Below are positions 50,506 to 63,957 of a stretch of 64,000 nucleotides of DNA, one piece after another. Made by a program: the position numbers and the translations under genes. Numbering within the stretch: position 1 is the first letter of the stretch; each line of letters opens with the position of its first letter. Origin of the DNA: Azolla caroliniana (Eukaryota > Plantae > Polypodiophyta); the NCBI GenBank assembly GCA_043228905.1, contig JBHGNT010000018.1:248001-312000 (forward strand), written 5' to 3'. Under the pieces are notes generated by a model. The model saw only the letters and a list, made by a program, of their open reading frames with translations, was not told where the DNA came from and did no database searches.

Positions 50506-51150
50506 TCAATAATTTGGAGTGGTCCTACATAACCTATCAAAGAAAACTCATGGCAAGAGGTGTACCAAATACACCAAACTCCTCCACAAAGGTCAAAATT
50601 TGGATTGGATTGAACAAATGGGGAAATTACTCACAACATGATTAGGGACTTTCAAATGTCATAAAACGGAATGTGTGACGGTGAAGTTTAGGGTCAATTA
50701 TCAGCACATCTAAATAGTTTCAGCTAGATTACAAGTCAACGAAAATGATTTGCAGTATGTCGTAAAACTGAAACATATTTTGTGATTCCATATGCACAGC
50801 AAGAAATCCGGAACTCAAAACAAAATTTCTCAAGTCTACATAGGTTCTTTAAAAAACATACACAATCACTCTATTGATGAGGCCAACTGAGTATCATGGA
50901 TCACTCCTAAGATACGGTTTCTACAGTAGATTGTTTATACTAATGATATCAAATCATTCCCAGTCTTGTGGGACAAGGATTCCGTGCTCCACTTAAGACT
51001 GTATTCCAGTAAAGGAATTCGAAAATGGCAAACAATCATATCATGATTACATGTTCTTAATCATGGGTGTCGATACCTTTGCCACTGTACAACATTGAAT
51101 CTTCTCTGAGCTCAAAATTTCCATTAAAGCAATATTTTCCTTGTAGTTTG

Positions 51151-51657
51151 TTACCATGGAATCTCCTGCCTATCCCATGAAGTGAACTTGCTATTGTCCT
51201 CTGGTCTAACTTTATTCACTATTCCCAATAGTCTTTCAACTGCATAATCAGGGGCAAAAAGCTTTGAGTTGGGGATATTTGGTGCAAATGGTTGAATGTG
51301 CCTAGTGTTGACGGCTCCGGGATGTATAATGGAAAAGTAAATGCGATCTTTGTTACGTTCCGATTCTGCTGCCATAGATTTTATAACTGCAAACCCAGAA
51401 ATCATTAGCTGGTACCTAAAATGATATGTGATGTACAACTATTATGATATTGGATACATGATATACCCTTAAATAAGATTAGATATGTATACCTACAATC
51501 CTGTTAAGAGGAGATAACAAGCCCAAGAAGTATCAACTTTCACTACTTAGATGCTCTATAATGAAAATAGGTATATATAAATAAAATATTATGGCATCAG
51601 ATATATGCATATTATATATACATATAGCAGTCAGTGTTAGATGCATACAATGAAATT

Positions 51658-51692
<35 letters not shown>

Positions 51693-52160
51693 TACATATA
51701 CATATACATACATACAATGGAAGTAGAAATATACCTATAATGAAATTACACAAATAACAAAGTTAAAGATGTACAACTTTCTTTACTTACACATGTTGAG
51801 AGCTGTTTTCGAAGCCCGATAACTATACCAGCATCCATAAGTGTTATCAGTCATTGATGAGCATTTGTGGCCCATCACAGCAACAATTGCTCCATTCCGA
51901 CCAGTGTCTGTTCCACGACCAATCTTCAGCAGCTCCCAAAAATGCTGTAATAAATTAAGGGAAATTTAATTACAAGTATGCTTCTCAATTCCTTCATATT
52001 AGAAACATATGGATAATCGTTCTTACAATTTACATTTATATGCTGGGCTAAGAAGTGTTTCTTTTCATTAAATCAGATAATCAATAAGAAATTTCTCTTT
52101 CACTTTTTTAGAACCAGAATCATACCTTCTTGTTCTTTACCAATCACATTGGGAAGGAGT

Positions 52161-52230
<70 letters not shown>

Positions 52231-55019
52231 CATGTGAAAATGTTATATTTTTTGTCTCATAGCTCACATTTGACCTTTGAAGATGATAATAAAATATATC
52301 TTATCTATTTATCTCTCCAAGTGAATACCAAGGGCCGAAATCAATTGACAACTAGATTAAGTAGAGAAAGTGTAGAAATATGACAACATAATCTCCCAGT
52401 ATTATGAAGATGTCATTGCAATATTACTGGAAACATATTTACATGAATATTAAGGCCTTAATGAACAGAAGATAGAAGACTTAATGCAAGTTAAGATTAA
52501 TGATCAAATAATCTTCGAAAACATGCAAATGATCAGGCAAGGGGGAGACTGTGCAAGAAAAGAGAAACCTCTCATCAATTTTCTCATCTTAGTTTCAACA
52601 GATGAGGAAAACAATTTTCTCATCTTACTTTTCATTAATTCCCCAAGGAAAACACTGATTTATACAACATGAACATTACCTTTGTCACAAGTGCTGGCCC
52701 AAGTGCATTAACCTCAAAAAGTTGCAAAGCTTTCTCAGGGTCAAGTTCACGTAAGTATGTCTCTGCACATGCATATTAAACATTTATTGAAAAAGGTCTT
52801 TAAATCTCGTATCTCCATTGCTATTAAAGGAAACTACTTATCTCCGCTGTTTTTATTGATAATATAGTTCTTACAGGTTATCAGTCTTAAGAAAAATGCT
52901 TTGATTGATTGGTTTATACATTCCAGAAGTAGCCCATTGATATGACCAACAATTAGCAAATTTAAGTAACTGAATTGCTATTAAAGGAAACTACTTATCT
53001 CCGCTGTTTTTATTGATAATATAGTTCTTACAGGTTATCAGTCTTAAGAAAAATGCTTTGATTGATTGGTTTATACATTCCAGAAGTAGCCCATTGATAT
53101 GACCAACAATTAGCAAATTTAAGTAACTGAATTGCTATTAAAGGAAACTACTTATCTCCGCTGTTTTTATTGATAATATAGTTCTTACAGGTTATCAGTC
53201 TTAAGAAAAATGCTTTGATTGATTGGTTTATACATTCCAGAAGTAGCCCATTGATATGACCAACAATTAGCAAATTTAAGTAACTGAATTGCTATTAAAG
53301 GAAACTACTTATCTCCGCTGTTTTTATTGATAATATAGTTCTTACAGGTTATCAGTCTTAAGAAAAATGCTTTGATTGATTGGTTTATACATTCCAGAAG
53401 TAGCCCATTGATATGACCAACAATTAGCAAATTTAAGTAACTGAATTTTGTGAAATCAAGACATCAAAACAATGAAGGATGACGAATGAGCAATAAATAA
53501 ATACATATTATGGATCATGTGGCCCTACAAATAGCTTCAGACCACAACAAACCTGGTTGCAGTTCATTTGGAATATGAAGGAGACCAGCACAATGCATAA
53601 TAAGATCCAAACGACCATACTTTTCATTCACGTCCTTCACAACAGCCTACGCATAAGTAAAAAACCATTATTAAGTAGAAAATTCCTATTTATGTCTAAA
53701 CAATATGACAGTTATATCCAAGAAAATATGTCGATGTCTAAATAAACTTGCTTCTGTTAAGACATAATGACGTAGCTGGTGCCAGGGAAATATACATGAT
53801 TCCAATATAATGGGGTAGAAAACAAAGGCAGTAAAAGGGAAAAAAATTCACCTCTATAGATTCTTCCTTGGTCACATCCATAGTTGCAAGTTCACAACGA
53901 ACAGGGTGTCTCCTCTTCAATGCTTGCAAACTCTTAGATGCATCTGGATTTCGTGCAGTGGCATAAACAACTTGTCCAGGATGCTTAATCAAAAGTTGCC
54001 GAGCCTAGCATATAGAAGAAAATACTCAAAATAGACTGAAATAATTTACTATAGATCATAATAATTGAACTCTAGTTTTGTGGGCTAACTGGTATTCTAG
54101 CCAATTTCTTGTGTTCAAAAGAAAAAAGAATTTATGTTGGTATAAATTGAATATGTTTATTATAAAGAGAACTACTATCGATAACTTGTGTGGCCTAAGC
54201 CACTGGCTAAGGTTTATGCAAATGGAGGATGGAAAATGAAATCTTCTTTTCCCTCCAATCACACATCACCATATATCCAGTCCATCATTTCATGGTGATT
54301 TTCCTTTCCTACAATCATGCCTTACCCTACAGCTCAACCACTCATTCCTGTGAGACCAAGAATGTACTTTCTCCTTTCCGCTAGTCACACCCCTCGCCAC
54401 CAGGCTCAACCACTTGTTGCTATGAACTGGAAATGGCCTCTTTTTTACCCTCAACCACATCTTGTACAAATTAGGCACCTCCCATCATCATTGAGCTAGT
54501 GTGAATCGAACCTATGGTGCTATGTCTGTCTGTTCAGGAACACAATTGATACAAGGACAAACAGAATAATTTATTTTTAAATAATCAGCCACAAGCACGA
54601 GATTGCTGCTGCCCTATGTTGGTCTAATCCAAACAGAATTGGTGCAAGAAAGAAGAGCACAAATGAACAATGACGTTTCCCTATCCCGGGGCCAAAACGC
54701 ATACAGAAAAGACAGATAAAACATAGAATAAATTAAACAAAACGGAAATAATTAAAAAATATACATCACTTACGAATTCGAGACCTATGCCGCGAGAAGC
54801 ACCTGTGACGAGAGCCACAGGCTCGTGATACTTGTTAGGGTAAAGGGAAGGATCTTCCTCTTCTTCTTCGTCTTCGAAAAGAACAATGCGACCGCATCGG
54901 ATGGTAGTAGAGGAATTCATGCGCAAAGACACGCGCCTAGGGGAGGTCGAAGAGAAGAACTGAGCTTCAGGACGCCTCCATGGAACGTATAGTGATCGAG
55001 GCAGAGCTAAGGACGCCAT
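51151..55019 (-). CDS. Short-chain dehydrogenase/reductase, CsgA/C-factor-like, ~321 aa with a probable transit peptide; exons 55019-54774, 54004-53852, 53646-53553, 52762-52680, 51944-51791, 51386-51151
   Basis: ALVTGASRGIGLEF (TGxxxGxG), ATARNP, MDVTKEESIE, GRLDLIMHCAGLLH..LQPET, FEVNALGPALVTKHF, WYSYRASKTALN (YxxxK), HPGAVNT and terminal WDRQEIPW. All introns are GT-AG and in phase. Confidence 0.92.
52817..53447. repeat. Four apparently identical 157-bp tandem copies filling SDR intron 3
   Basis: ATTGCTATTAAAGGAAACTAC...AAGTAACTGA starts at 52817, 52974, 53131 and 53288. Confidence 0.95.
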
Positions 55020-55059
55020 ATCTGTCTCTGCTCCCTTTGTTCCTGTTGTGCAGAGATGA

Positions 55060-55068
55060 TAGGGTTTT
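55060..55068 (-). promoter_or_regulatory. Telo-box-like AAACCCTA upstream of the SDR start codon
   Basis: TAGGGTTTT on the + strand, ~40 nt upstream of the SDR ATG. Confidence 0.4.
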
Positions 55069-57270
55069 TCAGATAAAACCACAACGCAGATATTTTCTTC
55101 TCTTCAATTAATATATATACATATAAATTATAATTATTATATATATATATATATAGAAATTAGAATATATATGTATATATGTACATATATGCATACATTA
55201 ACATATTGCTCCACTCTCTTTTATTTATATGTACATAATAATCTATCAAGTTATGTATCTATTTATTTATCATTTATGTATGTACTTCATTGCTATTATA
55301 TGCATTTCTTTTGAGGAATTTACCAAAATACCCCGCACCATTTTTGTGAAATTTCTAAAATACCCCTCTCAAATTGTTGTCACGTTTGAGCTATCAGCCT
55401 ATATAGCCAGCCGCCCTACGTAACATAAACACAAACCCAACCCCCATGATTGTTCGCCTTACGCATGTCCTCGTGCACCATACGCCCAAAAGACCTTGCT
55501 TCCATGCATATTCGTACATATACATGGATATACTTTTGCAACTTCTACAAAAATAAGCCCGTTATTAGGCGTCATGCATGCGCATCAATAAAAGGCCATC
55601 AATTGAACATTTTGTGTCGCTAACACTTGTCACATCCCATTTTCGCACACATGTGTACCCTTCAAAGGAATTGTTGGCCACCACAATCTCCCCTGGAATA
55701 GTTTTCAAGAAATGCCCTCCACCACTCCCATAGAGAGTTTGCTCCATTACTTCTATCATGTCGTGAGATCCAAACATTCGTCTAGAGTAGGACATTGTCT
55801 CAACCCTTCTTACATAGGTTTCCCCTGAACATTTTTAATTGTTCACCCTTCTCCAATAACATGCATACGACATATTTTGGGAGTACTTGTTACAAGAGCA
55901 TGAACCCTTCTCTATCGAGATGTTAACAATGTCAGATGCCCACTCAAGCATGTTATCGATGTGAAGAGATTTTACATTGGATGCATCATCATCATTTGTC
56001 GTGGTTTCTTCTTTGCTAACGAACCTAGAGAAATGGCTTTGCGAGGACATGATCTTTTCCTTTCTTTACAATGAGTCCGCTGAAGTTGAACTCCTTTATC
56101 AACTATTTCTTGTTCTTCTAGCACATCCATGCTCGATAGTTCATATAAAAAAGGGAATTATAGTCTAGAAGGTGGCATATGAATTTTTTGACATCATCGA
56201 TGATTGATAGTAATTGAAACATATTGCAATAAATGGTAGTTGGGTTCACCATGAATTCATCTCCTCCCCTCCATTGCATCTAATTAGACCAAGAATAGAT
56301 ACCCCCCCCCCCCTTTTCTCTCTTTAATCATAATTAGGTTACCATAGTGCTAAGTTGTTAGACTAATAGGCCTACATATTGGGTTTGAGATCCAACTTTC
56401 TCACCTCTCCATTACTCCATACATATCCTCATGATTTACTAGATGCCACTCTAGAATAAGGATTGAACCCAATCTTGTCATGTAGAGGCATTGTGATTAC
56501 AATCAATCAATAAGGTGAGAATGAGAATGTGAATATAAATGCCAAAGCATGATCATTGATATGTGATAATAATGATTCTCAATATGGTTTAAATAATGAG
56601 AATGTATGCTATATGGGATGCTTGCAACAAAAAGCGTATTCAACACTTTCTCAACACATGTCAACGAATAAGAAATGAGTACAATGATTACACACGGGAA
56701 GAAGTTCTTTGTTGCCTTAGTATGAATCCAACATAAATGATTCCTGTAATGCTCTATTAATACATCCCACACCAATGTCTAGTGGGGAGGCCAAGGCTTC
56801 CCATTTTTAGAAAAACAATAGAAAGAGACTACTAGTCTCATGTGGATGCTCCTCGGAAATGAGAAAAGGGCAATGTGTGTAGTTAGTGCACGCAATAATG
56901 GTAAGGAAGGGGGAAAGTTGAAGGAGGAGTGGAGCTTATACAAAAAGTTACCTTGATCTTTGACATCTAAATGAATGATGTCCACAAGGTCATAGAGGGA
57001 CATATTGAGAGCACCCAACATAACATTCCTTTGGCATGAAATATGTCTACTATAAGTATCCATATGTTGGCTTCACTTCTCTTTAGCAATGGTCACTTAT
57101 GCTTCATTTAAAACAAAACAAAAGATACTACCTAATTCCCATTCAATTTTCTTTGTAATCCAGACCACTTGCAAGCAAAAGCCATTCTTTGCCATCACAC
57201 CCGATCTTCGGTTTCCCATTCCAACCTTCCAAGGCCCAAGGGTCTCTCATTGTTATTCAATTCATCCGTC

Positions 57271-59898
57271 ATGGCCGAAACTATCGATATCAAACAGCTC
57301 GGTCGTACCCCGTCCATGGAAGAAGATATTAATATGTCGCCGAACTATAAAAGTATTAATAAACGACGCTCCGGCGGCTTCAAGGCGGCTTGCTTCATCA
57401 TTGGTAAATTACGTGATTATGTATAATGTTCATTCATTAATTACCGCGATTGTTCAATATTCAAGCTCCATCACTAAGTTGCATTAATTTATAGTTCAGT
57501 TAATTAAACAAAGTCGGAATCCTTTTTAGACGATTTCAATTCATTAATGCTCAATCTCGAGAATCTTCCTTGCATACAGCAATCAGTTTTTTTGTCATCG
57601 CATAGTACTCCATGTGATGTTAGTAAGCAGTTTGTTTGGCAACTTGGATCACATTATAACTCCATGGAGTTTCATGCAAGACTTGATGGAGCTGAATGCT
57701 TAATCCCTTCATGGATTACGCTCAATCACATATGTGCATTAATCGATCAAACAAAGCAAAATTCTGTTATTTATTTTTCTTTTTCTTTTTCTTTTTCTGT
57801 TATTTATTTATTTTTAATGTCATCAAAATTGGGAGAATGTTGGAAGTGGTTCTGCGTCCTGGATCAGATCTGCAATTATATTCATGTGGCAGCTACTTAC
57901 AGCGGCATGTATATATATGTATGTATATGGTATAATGCATACGATTTAACACAATGATTCTACAACGGAGTGCAGGAATGGAGCTGTGTGAGCGGTTAGC
58001 GTACTATGCAATCCAATCCAACCTCCTGCATTACCTCACCAAGGTGTTGCAGCAGAGCAGCACAGAGGCCTTCAAGAACGTGCTCACATGGACGGGCATA
58101 ACCCTAATCGTCCCCATCGCCGGCGGTTTCTTGGCAGACGCATACTGGGGGAGATACCGGACCATCGCCGTCCTCTCCATCGTGTATCTAATCGTAATCT
58201 AACACATATATATGGCTAGCAGGCCCCAACATAACCTAATTGAGTAGATCCGATTATGAATGGCTGCTTGATTTCTTTTTTCTTTTTGGGAAGCTGCTCC
58301 TGGCATGAGCTTGATGATTTTTGTGCAGGGACTGATGTTGCTTACCCTAACGGTGTGGTTGCCGCCCGTCGTCAAACATGACGGCGGCGCCGGCGGCAAC
58401 AGTGTGGTGAAGCTCTTCTTCTTCGCGCTGTACCTGGTGTCCATGGGGACGGGCGGGATGAAGCCATGCCTGGAAGCTTTCGGCGCCGACCAATTCGAGG
58501 AGGAGGAGGAGGAGGCGGAGCGCAGGAGGAAGAGCTCCTTCTTCAACTGGTGGTTCTTCGCGCTCTGCTTGGGTGCGCTGCTGGCCATCACGGTGGTGGT
58601 GTACGTGCAGAACAACGTAAGCTGGGCGCTAGGGTTCGGCATCCCGACGGCGGTGATGGCGGCGGGGTGCGCGCTCTTCTTCAGCGGGAGCTGGGCGTAC
58701 CGCTGCAGGCCGGCGGCAGGCGGCAGCCCGCTGACGCGGATCGCGCAGGTCTGCGTGGCGGCGCTGCGCAATGCCAAGGAGGAGGTGCCCCAAGATCCGC
58801 GCCTCTTGCATGAAGTCCCGGTCCCGGCGGCGGCGGAGGTGGGATTTACATTCAGGCAGCTGGAGCACTCGCGCTGTCTGCGGTTTCTGGACAAGGCGGC
58901 GGTATTGGTGGTGGACAAGGGGAGGATGAATGAGGAGGAGGATATAAGAAGAAGAAGAAGCAGCAGCAGCAGCAGCCCGTGGAGGCTGTGCACGGTGACG
59001 CAGGTGGAGGAGGTGAAGCTGGTGGCGCGGGTGATGCCCATCTGGCTGACGACCGTGATGTACGGGGTGGTGTACGCGCAGGCGAGCACGGTGTACGTGA
59101 GCCAGGTGAGCAGCATGGAGACGGCGTTGTCGGCGGCGGGGGGTTTCCGGGTGCCGCCGGCGTCGTTCCAGGCGTCCATGACGCTGGTGGTGCTGCTGTG
59201 GGTGCCCATCTACGAGCGAGTGGCGGGCGGAGGAAGCGCAGGAAACGGCGTCCGTATGACGACCCTGCGGCGCGTGGGGGTGGGGCTCTTCCTGTCCGTG
59301 CTGTCCGTGGCGGCGGCGGCGCTTGTGGACGGGCGGCGGCTGGCGGCGGTGGCGGAAGCGCGGCGGTTGTCGGCGTGGTGGACGATGCCGCAGTACGCGC
59401 TGCTGGGCATCGCCGACGTGTACACGTTGGTAGGAGAGCAGGAATTCTTCTATGACCAGGTACACACTTATTTCTCCTCTCTCGCTCATTCCTTCCACTC
59501 ACTCACTCACACTTGTCTCCTGTCTATCTCTTCTGGGTTGTTGTGGCTGTCCGTCTATAACATATTAGGTGCCCGACACCATGCGCAGCTTGGGCATGGC
59601 CCTCTACCTCAGCGGCAATGGGCTCGGCTACTTCACGAGCACGTTCATCCATATGGCCGTCCACTGGGTGTCCACACGGCATGGCGGCCGCCCTTGGATC
59701 CAACCCTATGACATCGACCATTCCCGCTACGACTACTACTTCTGGCTCCTCGCCTTCCTCAGCTCCCTCAACTTCGTGGCTTTCGTGCTCCTCGCCAATG
59801 CTTATAACTACAAGCGTGTGAAAAGGCAACCCCACTCTACCCCCGACCACGATGTCGATAACAACTCCACCCCAGTGGCACCTCAACCCGTTGCATAA
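57271..59898 (+). CDS. NPF: NRT1/PTR family (NPF) transporter, ~603 aa, NPF5-like; exons 57271-57403, 57976-58193, 58329-59459, 59569-59898
   Basis: SGGFKAACFII|GMELCERLAYY (ExxER), GGFLADAYWGRYRTI, GTGGMKPCLEAFGADQF, SFFNWWFF, YVQNNVSWALGFGIP, GSPLTRIAQV, FLDKAA, CTVTQVEEVK, EFFYDQ|VPDTMRSLG and DYYFWLLA. GT-AG introns are in phase. Confidence 0.96.
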
Positions 59899-60439
59899 CG
59901 CAAATGTTCGTTCGATGAGGTGTGGCATCACACAAAATCGTCAAGAGGGACCTCACACCAAGCGAGACCGCATCTCGAGCTTACATGCCCCTAGAGATCT
60001 CACTCTCCAAATTCGAAGTTAAATACAATGCTTGTAATGCAATCCCCAAGCGCACCTTTAATTCACTAATGCATAATCCTATGACTTTGTCAATAACATT
60101 CGATGTAATCAACTAGAAGTGTAATATATATTTGTGAAAATGCTATTTGAACACTACTTATATACTCAACGTGGTATTCCACATTACAACCCCTTCTTTG
60201 TTCATGGTGTCTTGACTATTGCAATTCCTCTCAAAGCTAGAATTACAAACTTGCCAATATAACTTGAAAAATGGAGGAAACAAATATTTTTTGGACTTGT
60301 CAAGATACATTGTTATGGATGAGCTTATGGTTACAAATCATAAGATTTACACAATTATTGGATCATCATATCTACTTTTCATTTGTATTTCCTAATGGGC
60401 ATAACATTTTTTATTTATTTTTATTTCTTAATCTTGTAC

Positions 60440-62280
60440 CTCATCCTTAATATCAGCCCACATCATTGTAGTGTGCCCCCCATTTACATACTCTAGAGCC
60501 ATACACCTCATATAAGAGACGTAAAAACGTTTTCCAAACCAATTTGGTAGCCATCCATAACCAGAATAGGTGATGAAGAGACTCCACTTCTAACCCACAA
60601 AAATCACACATCTTATCCACATCTTTACAATACATGCAAACCCTAATAGGAACCACACAATAACCAATCACCAATTTAAATAGAATAATCTTCTTTGGAA
60701 TTTGCATAGCCCATAGCCATTTTCAAAATGTTGTCATGTGAGTAGGATCAACATTGTAAGTCAACCATGTTGTAGTTGTTGTTGGCCAATGGGGTACCTA
60801 CGTCGTATCATCTCCCTTCCCAATCGAACGGAATATTGAAAAACCGGAATCAGCCTAACATCCTCCCCAAAATATGGTGTAGGTAGCCACTTCCAATTCC
60901 CCTAGGTCCCATTCCAATTCACATAATGGTTTTTCCCCCACTATCCATAGATCCCACCATGGATAAACATCATTAAGATCATGGACAAGGACCCAAACCT
61001 TTTCTACCTTAGCTAGAATTCTAATAGGTTTTAATGTAGCCTCAGCCAAACATTCATCTTCAAGGGGCATCGTCCCTAATCGTCCATCCTGTAGAACAAC
61101 ATAACTTTAGAAAGTATCATCATCTCTAAGCCCAACTCAATTCTAATAGTTAGGTGTATCCATGGTTGAAATGAAGGTACTACATGTTCAAACCAACATG
61201 TTGCATATCAATCGGATGCATTGAGGTTAGAATCTCATGGCATTAATTATAATAATTGAGGAACATTCCACGATTGATCCGCACAAGGTACATCTTTCTA
61301 ATAAGAATTTTCCCTTTAGAAACAAGTTGTCCAATCACATTCGTATTGATTCAAGAATGAAGAATGTATAGATAATGTTAGAATGTTAAAGAAGGATTTT
61401 TTATAGGAAAATCCATTGTCCTTAATTTGTTTTGCACTATTTATGATAATAACTACCATTACCAATGCTTTAATTAGGTAACAAGCTATTTAAAATGCAA
61501 GTCTACCTACGAATATTGAGGAGAGGAGGGGTGGCCACCAATACATTGATAGGGGAATAATCTTTTCTTTCAAGGCCCTAAATCTGCAGTAAAGAAGAAC
61601 AAGCATCATCTTAGGATGTTGCAAACAATAATGGAAATTTTGGAAAGGAACTTAATGTAAAACATATCCCAAAATGTAGCATTCTCATTATAGTAAATTG
61701 TGAGTTAGTTTTCAAGAACATGGTTTCTAATTAGCATATCGTAAAGTGAATGTGACACAATCAGAACAAGACGGAACAGAAGTAGTGAATCAAAGGTTAT
61801 TGTTCTTGCACGGAATGATGTTGAAAAAGAACACAACTAGATTAAGAGGTGGGCAGTTTCTATCCCCATTTTGTTCTTTTGAGCATAAGTTGGTTTTCCA
61901 TATCACGATCCACTACGATAATCTCTCTTTTCATAAAAGTATCTTTTTGAAACAACACAACAATTTAAAAGTTCCTTGCAATTATGCATTCCCTACAATT
62001 GTGGGGATCTCATGGCATGGTAAAACATATTGGGATGATGTAAGATTAGATGGCATAAAGGAAAATACTCCCAAAGACACACGAATTTCTTGAAACCGTT
62101 ATTTGCCATGGTCATGATGGTGAAAAATACCAATGCACATTAAGGTGTTCCTTTGCACAATATTCTTGTAAGAGTTTTCCTTATGCACTTTAAATTCTAA
62201 AGTAAACAATAGAAGAACAATGCCCATTGAGAAAGAAGGATCAATGCTCCAACCTCCCCCTAAGATTTAATTGAACAATC
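60440..62280 (-). mobile_element. Degenerate L1-type LINE ORF2 (end of RT to zf-RVT)
   Basis: CDFCGLEVESLHHLFWLW..TKLVWK (zf-RVT) and a decayed GxP-type RT C-terminal segment near 61630-61670. The upstream boundary is uncertain. Confidence 0.6.
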
Positions 62281-63209
62281 AATTTAAAGCTTAATGGAAT
62301 GGTGCTTACTGAAAAGGAGCCAATGGCCATTAACCTACATAAGGGAAATGATATGTCATTCAAAGAAAGTATCAATATAAAAACATGATGTGATTTGCAT
62401 AGAAGCACTAGAACAAATCTAGATAAACATAGAAAACCTTGTGGATTAAGTTAAGTCAAAGGGAAGCAACATGTGAATTACATGTGTAAGTATTTTAAAA
62501 GAGTATCTAACTATGGTGGGCTCTAATGTGCAAAAAATCTAAGGGAAGTAATTTATAACTTCCTATTTCTCTCATTTCATATGTAAGTATATGTGTACAT
62601 ATATTTATGCAATAAGTTCGAGATTTGGGAATATCTTTATGAGCATACATGCTTAGTAACTAATGATTCAAGGAATGCCAATGCCCAAAACAACAAGAGT
62701 TTTGAGCATGGTAAATCGGTATAATTTGCAAATTAAGTTGAATGAAAAAGGAAGGTTAGACAATAGACTATAGTGTATTCCCTCAAAACAGATCTCCAAA
62801 GCAAAGGACAACGATCAATTCTCCTTATTGAATTGCATTAAATGTCATGAACCCACCACGATTCAAATTTGAACCCTTCCCCACACAAGGAATAACCTTA
62901 TAATAATGCGCATATTTCATTGGATACTTGTTCTTGTATATTCTAGAATCTACTTGAGCACGTACATCTCTAGATCTTTCTTTCCTTACATGCCTCTCAA
63001 GTTTCTTTTCATCCTCTCCAACCTCGTATAAGTATGTGTGTTCCCCTTTATAGATGAACAACACCAGTTACAGAATTCTCGTTCTCTTCCTTCTTAGTCA
63101 TCGTTCTCTTTTTGTCTTCCTACCTCACTTTAGTCGATATTTGCATCCTCCATTTCATGCAATCCCTTGTCCATGACACATCTAACTTCATTCTCATTGA
63201 AGTTCAATT

Positions 63210-63957
63210 TGAGAGAGAGAGAGAGAGAGAGAAAGAAAGAAAGAAAGAAAGAAATATTAATGTCTTCTAAGACCAAAATTGGCCCATGAAACAATTGGTT
63301 TACAACAAAAATGGGGTATTTACCCATTCAATGTGTGTGTGTGTCTGAGAGAGAGAGAGAGAGAAAGAAAGAAAGAAATATTAATGTCTTCTAAGACCAA
63401 AATTGGCCTATGAAACAATTGGTTTACAACAAAAATGGGGTATTTACCCATTCAATGTGTGTGTGTGTCTGAGAGAGAGAGAGAGAGAAAGAAAGAAAGA
63501 AATATTAATGTCTTCTAAGACCAAAATTGGCCCATGAAACAATTGGTTTACAACAAAAATGGGGTATTTACCCATTCAATGTGTGTGTGTCTGAGAGAGA
63601 GAGAGAGAGAAAGAAAGAAAGAAATATTAATGTCTTCTAAGACCAAAATTGGCCCATGAAACAATTGGTTTACAACAAAAATGGGGTATTTACCCATTCA
63701 ATGTGTGTGTGTCTGAGAGAGAGAGAGAGAGAAAGAAAGAAAGAAATATTAATGTCTTCTAAGACCAAAATTGGCCCATGAAACAATTGGTTTACAACAA
63801 AAATGGGGTATTTACCCATTCAATGTGTGTGTGTCTGAGAGAGAGAGAGAGAGAAAGAAAGAAAGAAATATTAATGTCTTCTAAGACCAAAATTGGCCCA
63901 TGAAACAATTGGTTTACAACAAAAATGGGGTATTTACCCATTCAATGTGTGTGTGTC

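Noticed and set aside
58199-59502. Long antisense and alternative-frame ORFs (336, 289, 216 aa) over the NPF gene
   Set aside because: Expected from stop-codon scarcity in a very GC-rich exon; no recognisable domains.
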